A stretch of 64,000 bases of DNA from Candidatus Colwellbacteria bacterium (GTDB taxonomy: Bacteria > Patescibacteriota > Minisyncoccia > UBA6257 > Colwellbacteraceae), in contig DAIDMW010000001.1 of NCBI GenBank assembly GCA_027448785.1, positions 1,668 through 65,667 on the forward strand, given 5' to 3'. This document shows, piece by piece, positions 46,545 to 56,612 of this stretch. A program made the position numbers and the translations under genes. Positions within the stretch are counted from its first letter, which is position 1. The number at the start of each line of letters is the position of its first letter. A model generated the notes under the pieces. The model was not told the origin of the DNA. It ran no database searches and saw nothing but the letters and a program-made list of their open reading frames with translations.

Positions 46545-46841
46545 CTAGCTCAGAAACTCGTCGGTCACTTTGTTGATCTTTCCGTCTAGCCACCAAAAGG
46601 CGGCTTCAATCTTTCTCCCAACCACCCTCCTTACCCGTTTTGGGAAGGATAGGATGGCCAGTGGCGTCCCGTAGAAAATCCAAAATGGCCAGAATGATTC
46701 CCATGGAAGTGGTCCGCCAACCATCGCGTACCCTAGCGAGCAGACAAACCAGATCAGGAAAAGCGTTCCCGATGTCAGACCGACAAACATCAGGAAGAAG
46801 TAAATCAACCTCAGTGTTTTCGTCAAGGTACGGACACCCAC
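46545..46841 (-). CDS. Small hypothetical membrane protein
   Basis: 98 aa, two hydrophobic segments, fills the intergenic gap. Confidence 0.5.
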   Translation of the reverse strand: MGVRTLTKTLRLIYFFLMFVGLTSGTLFLIWFVCSLGYAMVGGPLPWESFWPFWIFYGTPLAILSFPKRVRRVVGRKIEAAFWWLDGKINKVTDEFLS

Positions 46842-46880
46842 TTTCCTTTAAAGTCAGGTATTTACATTACACCACAACAT

Positions 46881-47855
46881 TTATATTTCGTCAATAGTAG
46901 TCTTTTGGAGAAATTCTATAGCGGCTTTTTTCGCCTCAGTAAGGCTAGAAACCCATACGATTCCTTTTTCTTTATTAAACCAGGTCATCTGGCGTTTGGC
47001 GTAGCGGGTTATCTCTTTTATGGATCTTATTTCCATCTCCTCTTTGCTTATTTCGCCTTGGAGATATTCGGCGACGAAACGGTATTCCAAACCAAACTCT
47101 TTTAATCTTTCCCAGCTAATTTTTTTACGATAATGAAGTTCCCCAACCTCTTCGATTAATCCCTGTCGAATCCATTGGTGCCAACGACTGCTTATTTTTG
47201 TATTTAGTTTTTCGCGCTCCGTCTTTATTCCAATAATTAAAGTTGGATATAGCAAGCTTCTTTCTATTTTTGGAACCGGGCGGCCGAGTGTTTCGGTAAC
47301 CTCGATTGCGCGTTCCAGTCGACGACGATTTTTTGTATCTATATCCCGTAGGCGTTCCGGATCAGATTTTTTAAGACGTGCGGCCAGCTGTTCCAGATTT
47401 AGATTGACAAGTTCTTTCCTTAAATCCGACTGCGGAGGAACTTCTGGCAAGAAAGGGGAGTAAATCAACGAGTCTACGTAGAATCCTGTGCCTCCGCAGA
47501 TGATCGGAATCTTGTTGTGCTGAAAGATGGTGTTTACGGCTTTTAAGCCTAGCCTGCGATAGTTATGAGCGGTAAATATTTTTTTTGGAGAAGCGACATC
47601 CAAAAGCCAGTGCGGCACACCTTTTTTTTCCTCTTCAGTTACTTTGCCGCTGCCGATGTCTAATCCGCGGTAAACCTGCCGCGAATCGGCGGAAATGATC
47701 TCGGCTCCGAGGGCGTTGAATCGTTCGCCGTTTTTTTCTATCCACAAAGCCAAATCGACCGCCATTTCTGACTTTCCGGAGGCGGTTGGGCCGACGACGG
47801 CGATTATCTTAGGAACGTTTGGCGATTTCTTTTTGGAGCCTGGAGACGAGTTCAT
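46881..47855 (-). CDS. miaA: tRNA dimethylallyltransferase
   Basis: VGPTASGKS, ISADSRQVY, GGTGFY, YAKRQMTWF. Confidence 0.96.
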   Translation of the reverse strand: MNSSPGSKKKSPNVPKIIAVVGPTASGKSEMAVDLALWIEKNGERFNALGAEIISADSRQVYRGLDIGSGKVTEEEKKGVPHWLLDVASPKKIFTAHNYRRLGLKAVNTIFQHNKIPIICGGTGFYVDSLIYSPFLPEVPPQSDLRKELVNLNLEQLAARLKKSDPERLRDIDTKNRRRLERAIEVTETLGRPVPKIERSLLYPTLIIGIKTEREKLNTKISSRWHQWIRQGLIEEVGELHYRKKISWERLKEFGLEYRFVAEYLQGEISKEEMEIRSIKEITRYAKRQMTWFNKEKGIVWVSSLTEAKKAAIEFLQKTTIDEI

Positions 47856-49566
47856 CTAAAGCGATCTCTCCTTCTTGTCCGCGGCGATAACTACGGAGGC
47901 TGACAATTTTGGCAGAGGCCTCTTTTTCACCAACGATTAAGACGTAAGGAGTCTTGGCCGTTTCGGCCGCGCGGATTCTCTTGCCGAGAGTTTCGGTTGC
48001 CGGAGAAACCTCGGCGCGAATCCCGTATTTCTTCAAAGTCTCGTTCACCGAGTAAGCGTACTTATTCTGCTTTTCGGTGACGGGAATAACCGTAGCCTGG
48101 ACGGGGGAGAGCCAGAGCGGGAAGGCGCCGGCAAAGTGTTCGATTAAGACTCCTAGGAATCTCTCTCGCGATCCGACCAGCGCGCTGTGAATCATGACTG
48201 GAGTGTATTTCTTGCCGTCGGCTCCGACATATTCCAAAGAAAACCTCTTCGGCATATTGAAGTCCAGCTGTATGGTGGAGAGCTGCCACTCCCTACCTAA
48301 GGAATCTCTTGCCATGAGGTCGAATTTTGGGCCATAGAAAGCGGCTTCGCCTGGAGCAGAGTAGAATTTAATCTTTTTCTTTTCCAAAAGCTCCTTCATT
48401 ATTTTCTGGGATTTCTTCCAAATCGCGTCGTCGCCCAGATATTTATTTTTATTCTTCTCATCGCGGAGAGAAAGGCGAACGGTGTAATCCATTTTGTAGG
48501 TTTTCATCACTTGGTTGATGCCAGAGAGTAGTTTGCTTAACTCGCCTTCAATCTGGTCCTCACGGCAGAAGCAGTGTCCGTCATCCTGAGAAAAGGCGCG
48601 GAGACGGGTTAGGCCATTCAGTTCGCCCGGCTTTTCATCGCGGTATAAGTTAGCAAAATCGGCTATTCTAACGGGCAGATCTTTGTAACTCCGGGTTTCC
48701 GAAGCGTAGATCTGGGTGTGCTGAGGGCAATTCATCGGCTTCAGGAAGTACTCCTCCTCGGTGTAGTTGGAGCGCACGTGGAACATATCTTCCTTGTACT
48801 TGTCATAGTGCCCCGAAGTTTTGAAGAGTTCGGCTTTGTTGATCTGCGGAGTATGCACTTCCTCGTAGCCGAGCTCGTTTCTAATCTCGTTGGAATATTC
48901 TTTTATTTTCTGGAGCATCAAGGCGCCTTTCGGCTTATAGAGCGGGAGCCCCGGGCCGACCAGATCGGAAAATACGAACAAACCCAACTCCTTTCCGAGT
49001 TTGCGGTGGTCTCTTTTCTCTGCCTCTTCGAGCATCTTGAGATACGCCTGGAGCTCTTTGGGAGTGGTAAAGGCCAGTCCGTAGATGCGAGTGAGCATCG
49101 GATTATTTTCGTCGCCACGCCAATATGCGCCGGCTGTGCTTTTCAAAGCGAATGATTCCGGATCGATTTCTTTGGTGTTTTTCACGTGACCGCCGCGGCA
49201 GAGATCTAAAAATATCTCTCCAGTGCGGTAAATGGTCAACGGTTTCTTTTCTTTTGTAAAATCGTTGATCAGCTCCAGTTTAAAAGGTTGATCTTTAAAT
49301 ATTTTCTTTGCCTGAGCGGGCGTAACTTTTTCTCCTTTGAAAGGAAGGTTGGCTTTGATAAGCGAACGCATCTCTTTTTCCAACTCCCTTAATTCGTTTT
49401 CCGCCAGCGGCCGGGGAAGTAGAAAGTCGTAGTAAAAACCGGCCTCGATGGTCGGACCGATTCCAAGCTTGGCCTTTGGAAATTTTTTCAGGACGCTCGC
49501 GGCCAACAGATGCGCCAGAGAATGGCGGATATTGTCTAAATGCTGATCTTGCTTATCTCGTTGCAT
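47809..49566 (-). CDS. thrS: Threonine--tRNA ligase (no TGS domain)
   Basis: RHSLAH, DLCRGGH, RDHRKLG, LKPMNCP, AAFYGPK, TIQLDF. Confidence 0.97.
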   Translation of the reverse strand: MQRDKQDQHLDNIRHSLAHLLAASVLKKFPKAKLGIGPTIEAGFYYDFLLPRPLAENELRELEKEMRSLIKANLPFKGEKVTPAQAKKIFKDQPFKLELINDFTKEKKPLTIYRTGEIFLDLCRGGHVKNTKEIDPESFALKSTAGAYWRGDENNPMLTRIYGLAFTTPKELQAYLKMLEEAEKRDHRKLGKELGLFVFSDLVGPGLPLYKPKGALMLQKIKEYSNEIRNELGYEEVHTPQINKAELFKTSGHYDKYKEDMFHVRSNYTEEEYFLKPMNCPQHTQIYASETRSYKDLPVRIADFANLYRDEKPGELNGLTRLRAFSQDDGHCFCREDQIEGELSKLLSGINQVMKTYKMDYTVRLSLRDEKNKNKYLGDDAIWKKSQKIMKELLEKKKIKFYSAPGEAAFYGPKFDLMARDSLGREWQLSTIQLDFNMPKRFSLEYVGADGKKYTPVMIHSALVGSRERFLGVLIEHFAGAFPLWLSPVQATVIPVTEKQNKYAYSVNETLKKYGIRAEVSPATETLGKRIRAAETAKTPYVLIVGEKEASAKIVSLRSYRRGQEGEIALDELVSRLQKEIAKRS

Positions 49567-52500
49567 AGCAGTTTGGCGTCCCCGTTCTTTCTGGAAACCC
49601 GGCCGACAACGTCGACGACGTTGTTTTCTTGTATGATGCCTTGGTTCTTTTCGAGAACGCTGTTAAAAACCAATATTTCTATAGTATTGCTCAAGTCGTC
49701 TATTTTGGCAAAAACCATTGGCTCGCCCTTCTTGGTCATGACCCGCTGGACTTTGGTGATTACGCCGGCTATTCTGACCATCTTGGTGTCCTCCAGCTCG
49801 AGTACTGTCGAGATCGGCGTATATCGTTTGCCTTTGGAGGCGGCGCCGCGCAGGTACTCGACCAAAGGATGTTCAGTGAAATATACGCCCAGCAACTCTC
49901 TCTCCCAAGCCAGCCGCTCGGTTTTCGAGGCCGGCTGCATCGGCTCCTGCAGCTTGAAAGTCGGGGCGACGGCGCCGCCGAACAGCGTATCCTGCATTCC
50001 TTGCTGAACCTTCTTTGCTCCGCTCGCCGCCCTCAGAACCGCGTCCATGTTGAAAAGTATCTTCTGTCGCTCCACGCCCAGCGAATCCAAGGCGCCGGTT
50101 TTCGCCAACGCTTCCAAAGATTTCTTGTTAAGGTCGCGGTGACTGACGCGCATCATAAAATCGCTGAAACTCTGATAAGGACCGCCCATCATTCTTTCGT
50201 TAACGATGATCTCGGTGATGTTGGCGCCGAGGTTTTTGATGGTCGCCAAACCGTAGCGTATTCCCTGGTCTTCCGGGAAGAATTGCCCCAAACTCCTGTT
50301 GACGTCCGGCGGAAGGACTTTGATTCCCATCCGCTCTGCCTCGGCGGCCAGGAAGGTGATGCGCTCGATGTCGCCATTTGAGTGGTTCAAAAGCGCGGTC
50401 ATGAACTCTGTGGGGTAGTGCGTCTTCAGATAAGCGGTTTGATAGCTTATCAATCCGTAGCAAGCCGCGTGACTGCGGTTGAAGCCATAGCGGGCGAAAG
50501 GTGGAAACAACTCCCAAATTTTTTCCGCGGTTCTCTCGTCTATGCCGTTGGCAATCATTCCGTCAACGAGCTTCTTTTGCTGTTCGTCGAGGAGCGACTT
50601 TATTTTTTTTCCGATAGCTTTACGCAAGGTATCCGACTGCGCCAGAGAAAATCCCGCGAGGTCTCTCGCGATTCTCATCATTTGCTCCTGATAAACGCCG
50701 ACTCCGTAAGTCGATTTGAGTATCGGTTCCAACTTAGGATGGATGTATGAGATTTTTTCTTTTCCATGCTTGCGGTTGATGAAAGATGGGATAAGTTCGA
50801 TAGGTCCGGGTCGGTATAGAGCGCCTAAAGCTATTAAATCCTCCAAAACTGTCGGCTTAAGTTCCTTGATGTAACGCCTCATTCCGGCGGATTCGAACTG
50901 GAATATGCCGGTGGTTTCTCCGGTTTGCAGGAACTTGTAAGTGGCCGCGTCGTCAAGAGGAATTTCATAAATGTCTACGTCCTCGTCGTGTATGTTTTTT
51001 ATGAGCCTCAGCGTCTCTTCGATGACGGTCAGGTTTCGCAGACCTAATAAGTCCACTTTAAGCAATCCAAGATCCTCGACTCCGTGCATTTCTATTTGAG
51101 TGATGACGGAATTAGGGTCTTGCGGCGAGCGTTGTAGTGGTAAGTAGTTTACGAGCGGTTTGGCAGAAATAAGCGTTCCGCAAGCGTGGACCGAGGCGTG
51201 CCTCACCGTTCCCTCCAACTTCAAGGCGGCGGATAGCACTCTTCTGGCGTCCGGATCCTTCTCGTATCTCTCTTTCAATTCTGGTATCTCTTCTAGGTAC
51301 TTGCCTAACTTGGTGTTGGATTTATCGGTGTTTGGCTCGAAAGGAATCATTTTAGCCAGTTCGTCGCAGAAAGAGTAGGAGAGCCCTAAAGCGCGGCCGG
51401 CGTCCCTCACCGAAGCCCGTGCAGCCATGGTTCCAAAAGTGATGATTTGAGCCACTCTTTCGTTCCCATACTTATCCTTGAGGTACGCCAGCACTTCGTC
51501 GCGGCGGTAATCCGCGAAGTCGATGTCGATATCAGGCATGGAGATTCTTTCCGGGTTAAGAAATCTCTCAAAAAGCAGATCATATTGCATCGGGTTGATT
51601 CCTGTTATCCCCAAGATATACGAAACAAAACTGCCCGCGGCTGAGCCTCTTCCTGGGCCTACCACGATTCCGTGGTCTTTCGCCCAGTTCACGTAGTCCT
51701 GGACTATGAGAAAGTAATCGGAAAACCCTGTTTTCTCTATCACGCTAACCTCGTATTCCAGCCTTTGCCTTTCTTCTTCGGTTGGATTGGGGAATTTTTG
51801 TTCAAACCTTTCTCGGATCAACTGCTTCAAATATTCCATCGAAGGTATGTCGTTCGGAGTGTCGAACTCGGGCAGGATGGTCGTCCCGAGCTGGAACTCG
51901 AATTGGCATTTCTCGGCTACCTTCAGAGTGTTCTCCAGCGCTTCGGGAAAATCGGAAAGGTTGGCGGCCATCTCCTCGGCGTCGACGAAGGATGCGTCGA
52001 AATCCTGGAAAGAGAGCCGGTCCTCGTCCTCGAGGCGGTTATTGGTTTGGATAGCTAAAAGTATCTCGTGGATCGGCTGGTCTTCCTTTAATACATAGTG
52101 CGAGTCCTGGGTGGCGACCAGAGGAATGCCGTACTTTTCCGAAAGTTCCTTCATCGCCCGGTGCAGGTCGGGGGAGTGTGGCTGAATTTCTAAATAATAA
52201 TCGTCGCCGAAAAGGTTGTGGTAAAACTCGACCACCTCTTCGGCCTCCTTGCGGTTGCCGGCCCGTAAATTTCTGGCCAGCTCTCCGGAAAAGCAGCCCG
52301 ACAAGCAGACAACCCCCTCGTGGTGCTTTTCCAAAAGTTCGCGGTCGATTCTTGGTTTGTAGTAGAAGCCCTCGAGGTGCGATCGGGTCACTAATTCGCA
52401 CAGATTATGGTATCCCTCCTCGTTTTTAGCCAAAAGTGTAAGGTGGTAGCGGGTCATGTCCTCGCGCCCGCCGCGGGAGAGGCGTGATCCCTTGGCGACA

Positions 52501-52706
52501 TAAACCTCGACGCCGATGATTGGCTTGATGCCGGCCTTCTTGGCCTTCTCGAAAAACTCCACCGACCCGTACATATTGCCGTGGTCGGTCAGCGCCAGCG
52601 CCTCCATTCCCAGCTCCTTCGCCCTGTTTACCAGTCCGTCGATCTTCGATAAACCGTCTAATAGGGAGTAGTGCGAGTGGGTGTGGAGATGGATAAATTT
52701 CGGCAT
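49536..52706 (-). CDS. dnaE: DNA polymerase III alpha subunit
   Basis: HLHTHSHYSLLDG, GPGRGSAAGS, MPDIDIDF, YGFNRSH; start placed at MPKFIH. Confidence 0.97.
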   Translation of the reverse strand: MPKFIHLHTHSHYSLLDGLSKIDGLVNRAKELGMEALALTDHGNMYGSVEFFEKAKKAGIKPIIGVEVYVAKGSRLSRGGREDMTRYHLTLLAKNEEGYHNLCELVTRSHLEGFYYKPRIDRELLEKHHEGVVCLSGCFSGELARNLRAGNRKEAEEVVEFYHNLFGDDYYLEIQPHSPDLHRAMKELSEKYGIPLVATQDSHYVLKEDQPIHEILLAIQTNNRLEDEDRLSFQDFDASFVDAEEMAANLSDFPEALENTLKVAEKCQFEFQLGTTILPEFDTPNDIPSMEYLKQLIRERFEQKFPNPTEEERQRLEYEVSVIEKTGFSDYFLIVQDYVNWAKDHGIVVGPGRGSAAGSFVSYILGITGINPMQYDLLFERFLNPERISMPDIDIDFADYRRDEVLAYLKDKYGNERVAQIITFGTMAARASVRDAGRALGLSYSFCDELAKMIPFEPNTDKSNTKLGKYLEEIPELKERYEKDPDARRVLSAALKLEGTVRHASVHACGTLISAKPLVNYLPLQRSPQDPNSVITQIEMHGVEDLGLLKVDLLGLRNLTVIEETLRLIKNIHDEDVDIYEIPLDDAATYKFLQTGETTGIFQFESAGMRRYIKELKPTVLEDLIALGALYRPGPIELIPSFINRKHGKEKISYIHPKLEPILKSTYGVGVYQEQMMRIARDLAGFSLAQSDTLRKAIGKKIKSLLDEQQKKLVDGMIANGIDERTAEKIWELFPPFARYGFNRSHAACYGLISYQTAYLKTHYPTEFMTALLNHSNGDIERITFLAAEAERMGIKVLPPDVNRSLGQFFPEDQGIRYGLATIKNLGANITEIIVNERMMGGPYQSFSDFMMRVSHRDLNKKSLEALAKTGALDSLGVERQKILFNMDAVLRAASGAKKVQQGMQDTLFGGAVAPTFKLQEPMQPASKTERLAWERELLGVYFTEHPLVEYLRGAASKGKRYTPISTVLELEDTKMVRIAGVITKVQRVMTKKGEPMVFAKIDDLSNTIEILVFNSVLEKNQGIIQENNVVDVVGRVSRKNGDAKLLCNEISKISI

Positions 52707-52818
52707 GGCTTTTACGGCCTCATTATAAACTGAAGTTTTATTCTTCTCCAAACTCGCTATTGATTTTTAAAACCCAGGTGTATAATCAAAGTGCAATAGG
52801 GCGTTTAGCTTTATTTCG

Positions 52819-53643
52819 ATGAACCAGCTAAGCAAATACCGGAGCGCCCTTGCTTATTTAATCTTACTTTTAATAAGCCTGGCCACGCTCCTCTCCGCAA
52901 CGAACATCGTCCGCGGGTTCACGCATCCCACCGAACAGCCGCCTTCAGGTCAGCCGGGACCTATTCCCGTCTCTGTCGGTGGTACCTCAGCTACCACCAC
53001 CGCGCAGGCCAGAATTAACTTGGGCGCGGCGGCTTCTGGCGCCAACACAGACATCGTTTCCTTATCGCCGACCGGCAACCTAATTCTTTCTCCCAGCGGT
53101 TACGTCGGCATCAAAAACCCATTCCCGACCTATAATTTGGACGTTGGTAGCGGCGGGGCCTACACCGCCCGTATCGGTTCGGCCTCTAGCGACACCTTGG
53201 TTGTCGGCGGAGGCGCGGGAAAACTGACTGTTGGAACGCTTGACCCGGTCTTCAACATCTCCGGAACGCAATTCGCCACTTATGCGCCGGGAATGATCGG
53301 CGTCAAAGAGGAATTGAACGGAGTTGCTGATCTTTCCTGTAAAGACTATCAATGTTCTTACACTATAGACTTTTCCTCTGCGTCTTACGGCAGCCGGGAG
53401 TGGCTTTTTAGAAAAATTACCGACTTCGGAGCGGAGTGGAATGGTCTAATTGTTTCGCTCACGCCTGGATTCCAAGGTCAGGTCTGGTATAAAAAAGATT
53501 ACGTTACCGGAAGGCTCGTTATTTTTGGCTCGCAAGGCGGAGAAGTTTCTTACCAGCTATTAGCTCCTCGCTTCGACTGGCAGTTGTGGTCGGATGAGCC
53601 CAGCGGGTTACAACCAAACGAGGGACTAAGAGTAATTGAATAA
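52819..53643 (+). CDS. Exported tail-fibre-like protein A1
   Basis: N-terminal hydrophobic helix; GGTSATTTAQARINLGAAASGANTDI; paralog of 55878-56597. Confidence 0.75.
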   Translation: MNQLSKYRSALAYLILLLISLATLLSATNIVRGFTHPTEQPPSGQPGPIPVSVGGTSATTTAQARINLGAAASGANTDIVSLSPTGNLILSPSGYVGIKNPFPTYNLDVGSGGAYTARIGSASSDTLVVGGGAGKLTVGTLDPVFNISGTQFATYAPGMIGVKEELNGVADLSCKDYQCSYTIDFSSASYGSREWLFRKITDFGAEWNGLIVSLTPGFQGQVWYKKDYVTGRLVIFGSQGGEVSYQLLAPRFDWQLWSDEPSGLQPNEGLRVIE

Positions 53644-55801
53644 GCTTCTTTCATTAATAGCGAATGCTTTTCGCGCGCGCCGTTTTTTGGTGGCTTTCAT
53701 TGCGTGGTCGCTTCTGCCGTTGCCAATAGGTCAGGCCAGCAGCTTCTACTCCTGGTCGTCATTCCCTTTTTTGCAGGAGTTTAATAGCACCGAGGAGTTT
53801 GTCTCAAACGTCTGGCACGGGATTTTTTCCCCTTCAGAACCGAGCACTTTCATTTCAACGTCAGAGTTTTTGATTAGCCCTGTTCCGCTTTCTACTCCTG
53901 CTTTGCCTCGCGGCAGCGATTCTTTTTCGGTAATCCAAGGAGGCAAAGTCTGGCCGAAAATAATTAGAGCGGACATTAATCCAGTCGATGCACATATTAA
54001 CGACGTCCAACACTTATCGGTGACGCTCGAGTCTCCGGTTGAAATCAAATCGGTGCAGGCGATAATCTACACCGATCATAGACAGGTCGAGGTTGATTTG
54101 GCCGAGTCCTCCGCACCGGAGTCTGTTAATCAACCGAGTCGATACGCCTTGAATAACAGGAATGGATTAAGGCTAAAAAGCGGAGAAGATTTAGGTGTTA
54201 AAAGCGCGGCGGCTGAGGAGTTGTTAAAAACCTTTTATTTTTCCGGATCCTGGAAGGTTGAAGATACGCATAATGCTTCGTACCAAACTAAGCTTGTCGC
54301 CACCGATGTTCTGGGCCGTAGCAGCTCGGTCGCCCTAGCCTGGTCCGACGCCTGCGGCATTCCCAACGACGGAAGCTATACTTTGTCTTCCAACTGCACC
54401 ATCTCCTCGGTGGACGGCGTGGATAACGGAGATCTAGTTATAGCAACCGGAACGACACTAACCCTAAACTCGACTTTCGCTTACAATCCGGGGAAAACGG
54501 TTACGCTCAACGGAGCGGTGGCGATCGGCAGTGGAGGACAATTTAAAAAAACCTACTTATGGATGATTGATGGAGATGCCGACGGATATGCGTCTAATTC
54601 CATCCAATATGCGCAGGATTCCGCGCCGGCCGGCGGTCGGAGGAGATACATGCTCGTAACCTCGCAATATGATTGCAATGACGTCAACGCCTCCATTTAT
54701 CCGGGCGTAATAACATCTTCCGGATCCTGCGGCTCCTGTACTTACTCGGCGACCTGTGCCAATGTTGGTAGCGGTTCCTACTCATACACTTATTGCTCTA
54801 GCAACGGAAGTTATACTAGCGCCTCAGGGTCGTGTACCTGCACTCGTGATACTACCGGAGCCGTCTGCAGTAGTTGGTCGTCCTGTTCCGGTTCTTATCC
54901 GAGCTGCACCGGCACACAAACCGCTTCTGTTTGCTCAGCGGGAACGTGTAGTGGCACCATATCGCAAAGCTGCAACCTGGCCAATGGCACGTTTTGCAGC
55001 GGATGGTCTGCGTGCTCAGGCACGATTCCCTCGGGGTCGTGTAGCGCTTCCGGAACACAAGCAGCTTCAACTTGCAGTAACGGATCTTGTAGTGGCTCGA
55101 CTTCTCAAAGCTGTGTCCTAACTGCTACTAATGGCACGCTGTGCGGCAGTTATGGGTCTTGTTCCGGTTCTGTGGCCTACCCGAATTGTTCTGCGTCCGG
55201 AATACAAACCGCACCGACTTGCAACAGCGGATCCTGCAGCGGCTCGACCTCTAGAAGTTGCGTTGTTTATGCCTCGTTCGGCACGAGCTGTGGGTCGACC
55301 TCTTACGGAACTTGCGGCTCCTGCACATATTCTTCTACTTGCACCAATATTGGAAGCGGAACACAAAGCTACACAAGTTATGCATGCAACGGCTCCGGAT
55401 CATGTATCTCCGGCTCCGGCACGCAAAGCTGCTCTTGCACCAGAAACACCAGTGGCACAGCTTGCGGAAGTTATAGCGTCAGTGCTTGTAGCGGAAGCAG
55501 TTATTGTTCGACCGCCAATTACGTTTGTAGCAGCGGCTCGTGTTCGTTTAGTTCATATTCCGGGTGCACCGCCTGCACTTGCGGCTGCTCTTGCGGCACA
55601 AGTAGCTGCGGCTGCAGTACTGTTTATAATTGTAGTCGTTGCAGCGACACTTATGCTTGCCAATACGCTAGTTTTAACAGCTGTTCCAGCGCCTGCACTA
55701 GTCCGTTTAACGTCAGCTACTCCTTTAGCAGCGGGTGTGCCTCTCTTTGTGGTAGCGGTTATTGCAGCAGCGCTTGCAATAGCTGTGGACCATGTCCGTA
55801 G
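53636..55801 (+). CDS. Secreted Cys/Ser/Gly/Thr-rich repeat protein B1
   Basis: Signal-like N-terminus; DGDADGY..DCND.NASIYPG; about 56 Cys (hand count) in the C-terminal half. Confidence 0.8.
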   Translation: MNKLLSLIANAFRARRFLVAFIAWSLLPLPIGQASSFYSWSSFPFLQEFNSTEEFVSNVWHGIFSPSEPSTFISTSEFLISPVPLSTPALPRGSDSFSVIQGGKVWPKIIRADINPVDAHINDVQHLSVTLESPVEIKSVQAIIYTDHRQVEVDLAESSAPESVNQPSRYALNNRNGLRLKSGEDLGVKSAAAEELLKTFYFSGSWKVEDTHNASYQTKLVATDVLGRSSSVALAWSDACGIPNDGSYTLSSNCTISSVDGVDNGDLVIATGTTLTLNSTFAYNPGKTVTLNGAVAIGSGGQFKKTYLWMIDGDADGYASNSIQYAQDSAPAGGRRRYMLVTSQYDCNDVNASIYPGVITSSGSCGSCTYSATCANVGSGSYSYTYCSSNGSYTSASGSCTCTRDTTGAVCSSWSSCSGSYPSCTGTQTASVCSAGTCSGTISQSCNLANGTFCSGWSACSGTIPSGSCSASGTQAASTCSNGSCSGSTSQSCVLTATNGTLCGSYGSCSGSVAYPNCSASGIQTAPTCNSGSCSGSTSRSCVVYASFGTSCGSTSYGTCGSCTYSSTCTNIGSGTQSYTSYACNGSGSCISGSGTQSCSCTRNTSGTACGSYSVSACSGSSYCSTANYVCSSGSCSFSSYSGCTACTCGCSCGTSSCGCSTVYNCSRCSDTYACQYASFNSCSSACTSPFNVSYSFSSGCASLCGSGYCSSACNSCGPCP

Positions 55802-55877
55802 AGTTATCCACTATTTACACAGCTACGCGCATTTTATATCCTTAAATCATAAGGTTGTTTTTCTTATCGCTTAAGAA

Positions 55878-56597
55878 ATGAAAAACAAGTCGATAGGCTA
55901 TTTGTTAACCTCGCTTTTGACGGCGGTTTTCGCCGCTCTTCTTTTTAATACGGCTTACGGGTTTAATTCCCCAGCATCCACTCCGCCGAACGGTAATCCT
56001 GGGCCGATTCCCGTTGCCGATGGTGGAACTAACGCTACAACTACCGCCCAGGCTTTAGCCGATCTTGGCGCGGCGGCTTCCGGAGCCAATACCGACATTA
56101 CTTCGCTGTCTCCGTCTAACGGCAGCGCACTGCAAATCGGCAGCGCCGGCTTGGTGGTTGGCGGCGGAACGGGAAAGATAACCGTTGGAACGATCGATCC
56201 AATATTTCGCATCGATGGAAAACAGTATGCAACATATGCTCCCGACATGACCGGGGTTAAAGAAGAGACCACCGGAGTTTTAAACCTAAGCTGCAAAAAC
56301 GGGGTTTGTTCGAATGCGATTGATTTTTCTAACCTGCCTAATGGCAGTAATTTATGGATTTTCAGGCGCGCCAGCAATTTTGGAACCAACTGGGAAGGTT
56401 TGACAGTCAATCTAACGCCGGGATTCGACGGCCGCGTCTGGTATGAAAAGAATTATATGCAAGATAAGTTGGTCGTCCTCGGTTCATCCTCGGGGGAAGT
56501 CTCTTACAGCTTATCTGCTCCGCGTTTCGATGCTTCGCTTTGGCCAAACCAACCGAAAGGGTTAACGCCGGGAGAGGGATTATTTATACCAAACTGA
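55878..56597 (+). CDS. Exported tail-fibre-like protein A2
   Basis: Signal-like N-terminus; GGTNATTTAQALADLGAAASGANTDITSL; shares YATYAP.M.GVKEE, LTPGF.G.VWY and APRFD with A1. Confidence 0.75.
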   Translation: MKNKSIGYLLTSLLTAVFAALLFNTAYGFNSPASTPPNGNPGPIPVADGGTNATTTAQALADLGAAASGANTDITSLSPSNGSALQIGSAGLVVGGGTGKITVGTIDPIFRIDGKQYATYAPDMTGVKEETTGVLNLSCKNGVCSNAIDFSNLPNGSNLWIFRRASNFGTNWEGLTVNLTPGFDGRVWYEKNYMQDKLVVLGSSSGEVSYSLSAPRFDASLWPNQPKGLTPGEGLFIPN

Positions 56598-56612
56598 GTT
56601 TAGTAAACCTCT

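Noticed and set aside
54756-55874. Overlapping Ala/Val/Leu-rich ORFs in the Cys-rich genes (also 57718-58278)
   Set aside because: Frame shadows of TGC/TGT/AGC-rich codons; the Cys frame is continuous with the conserved N-terminus.
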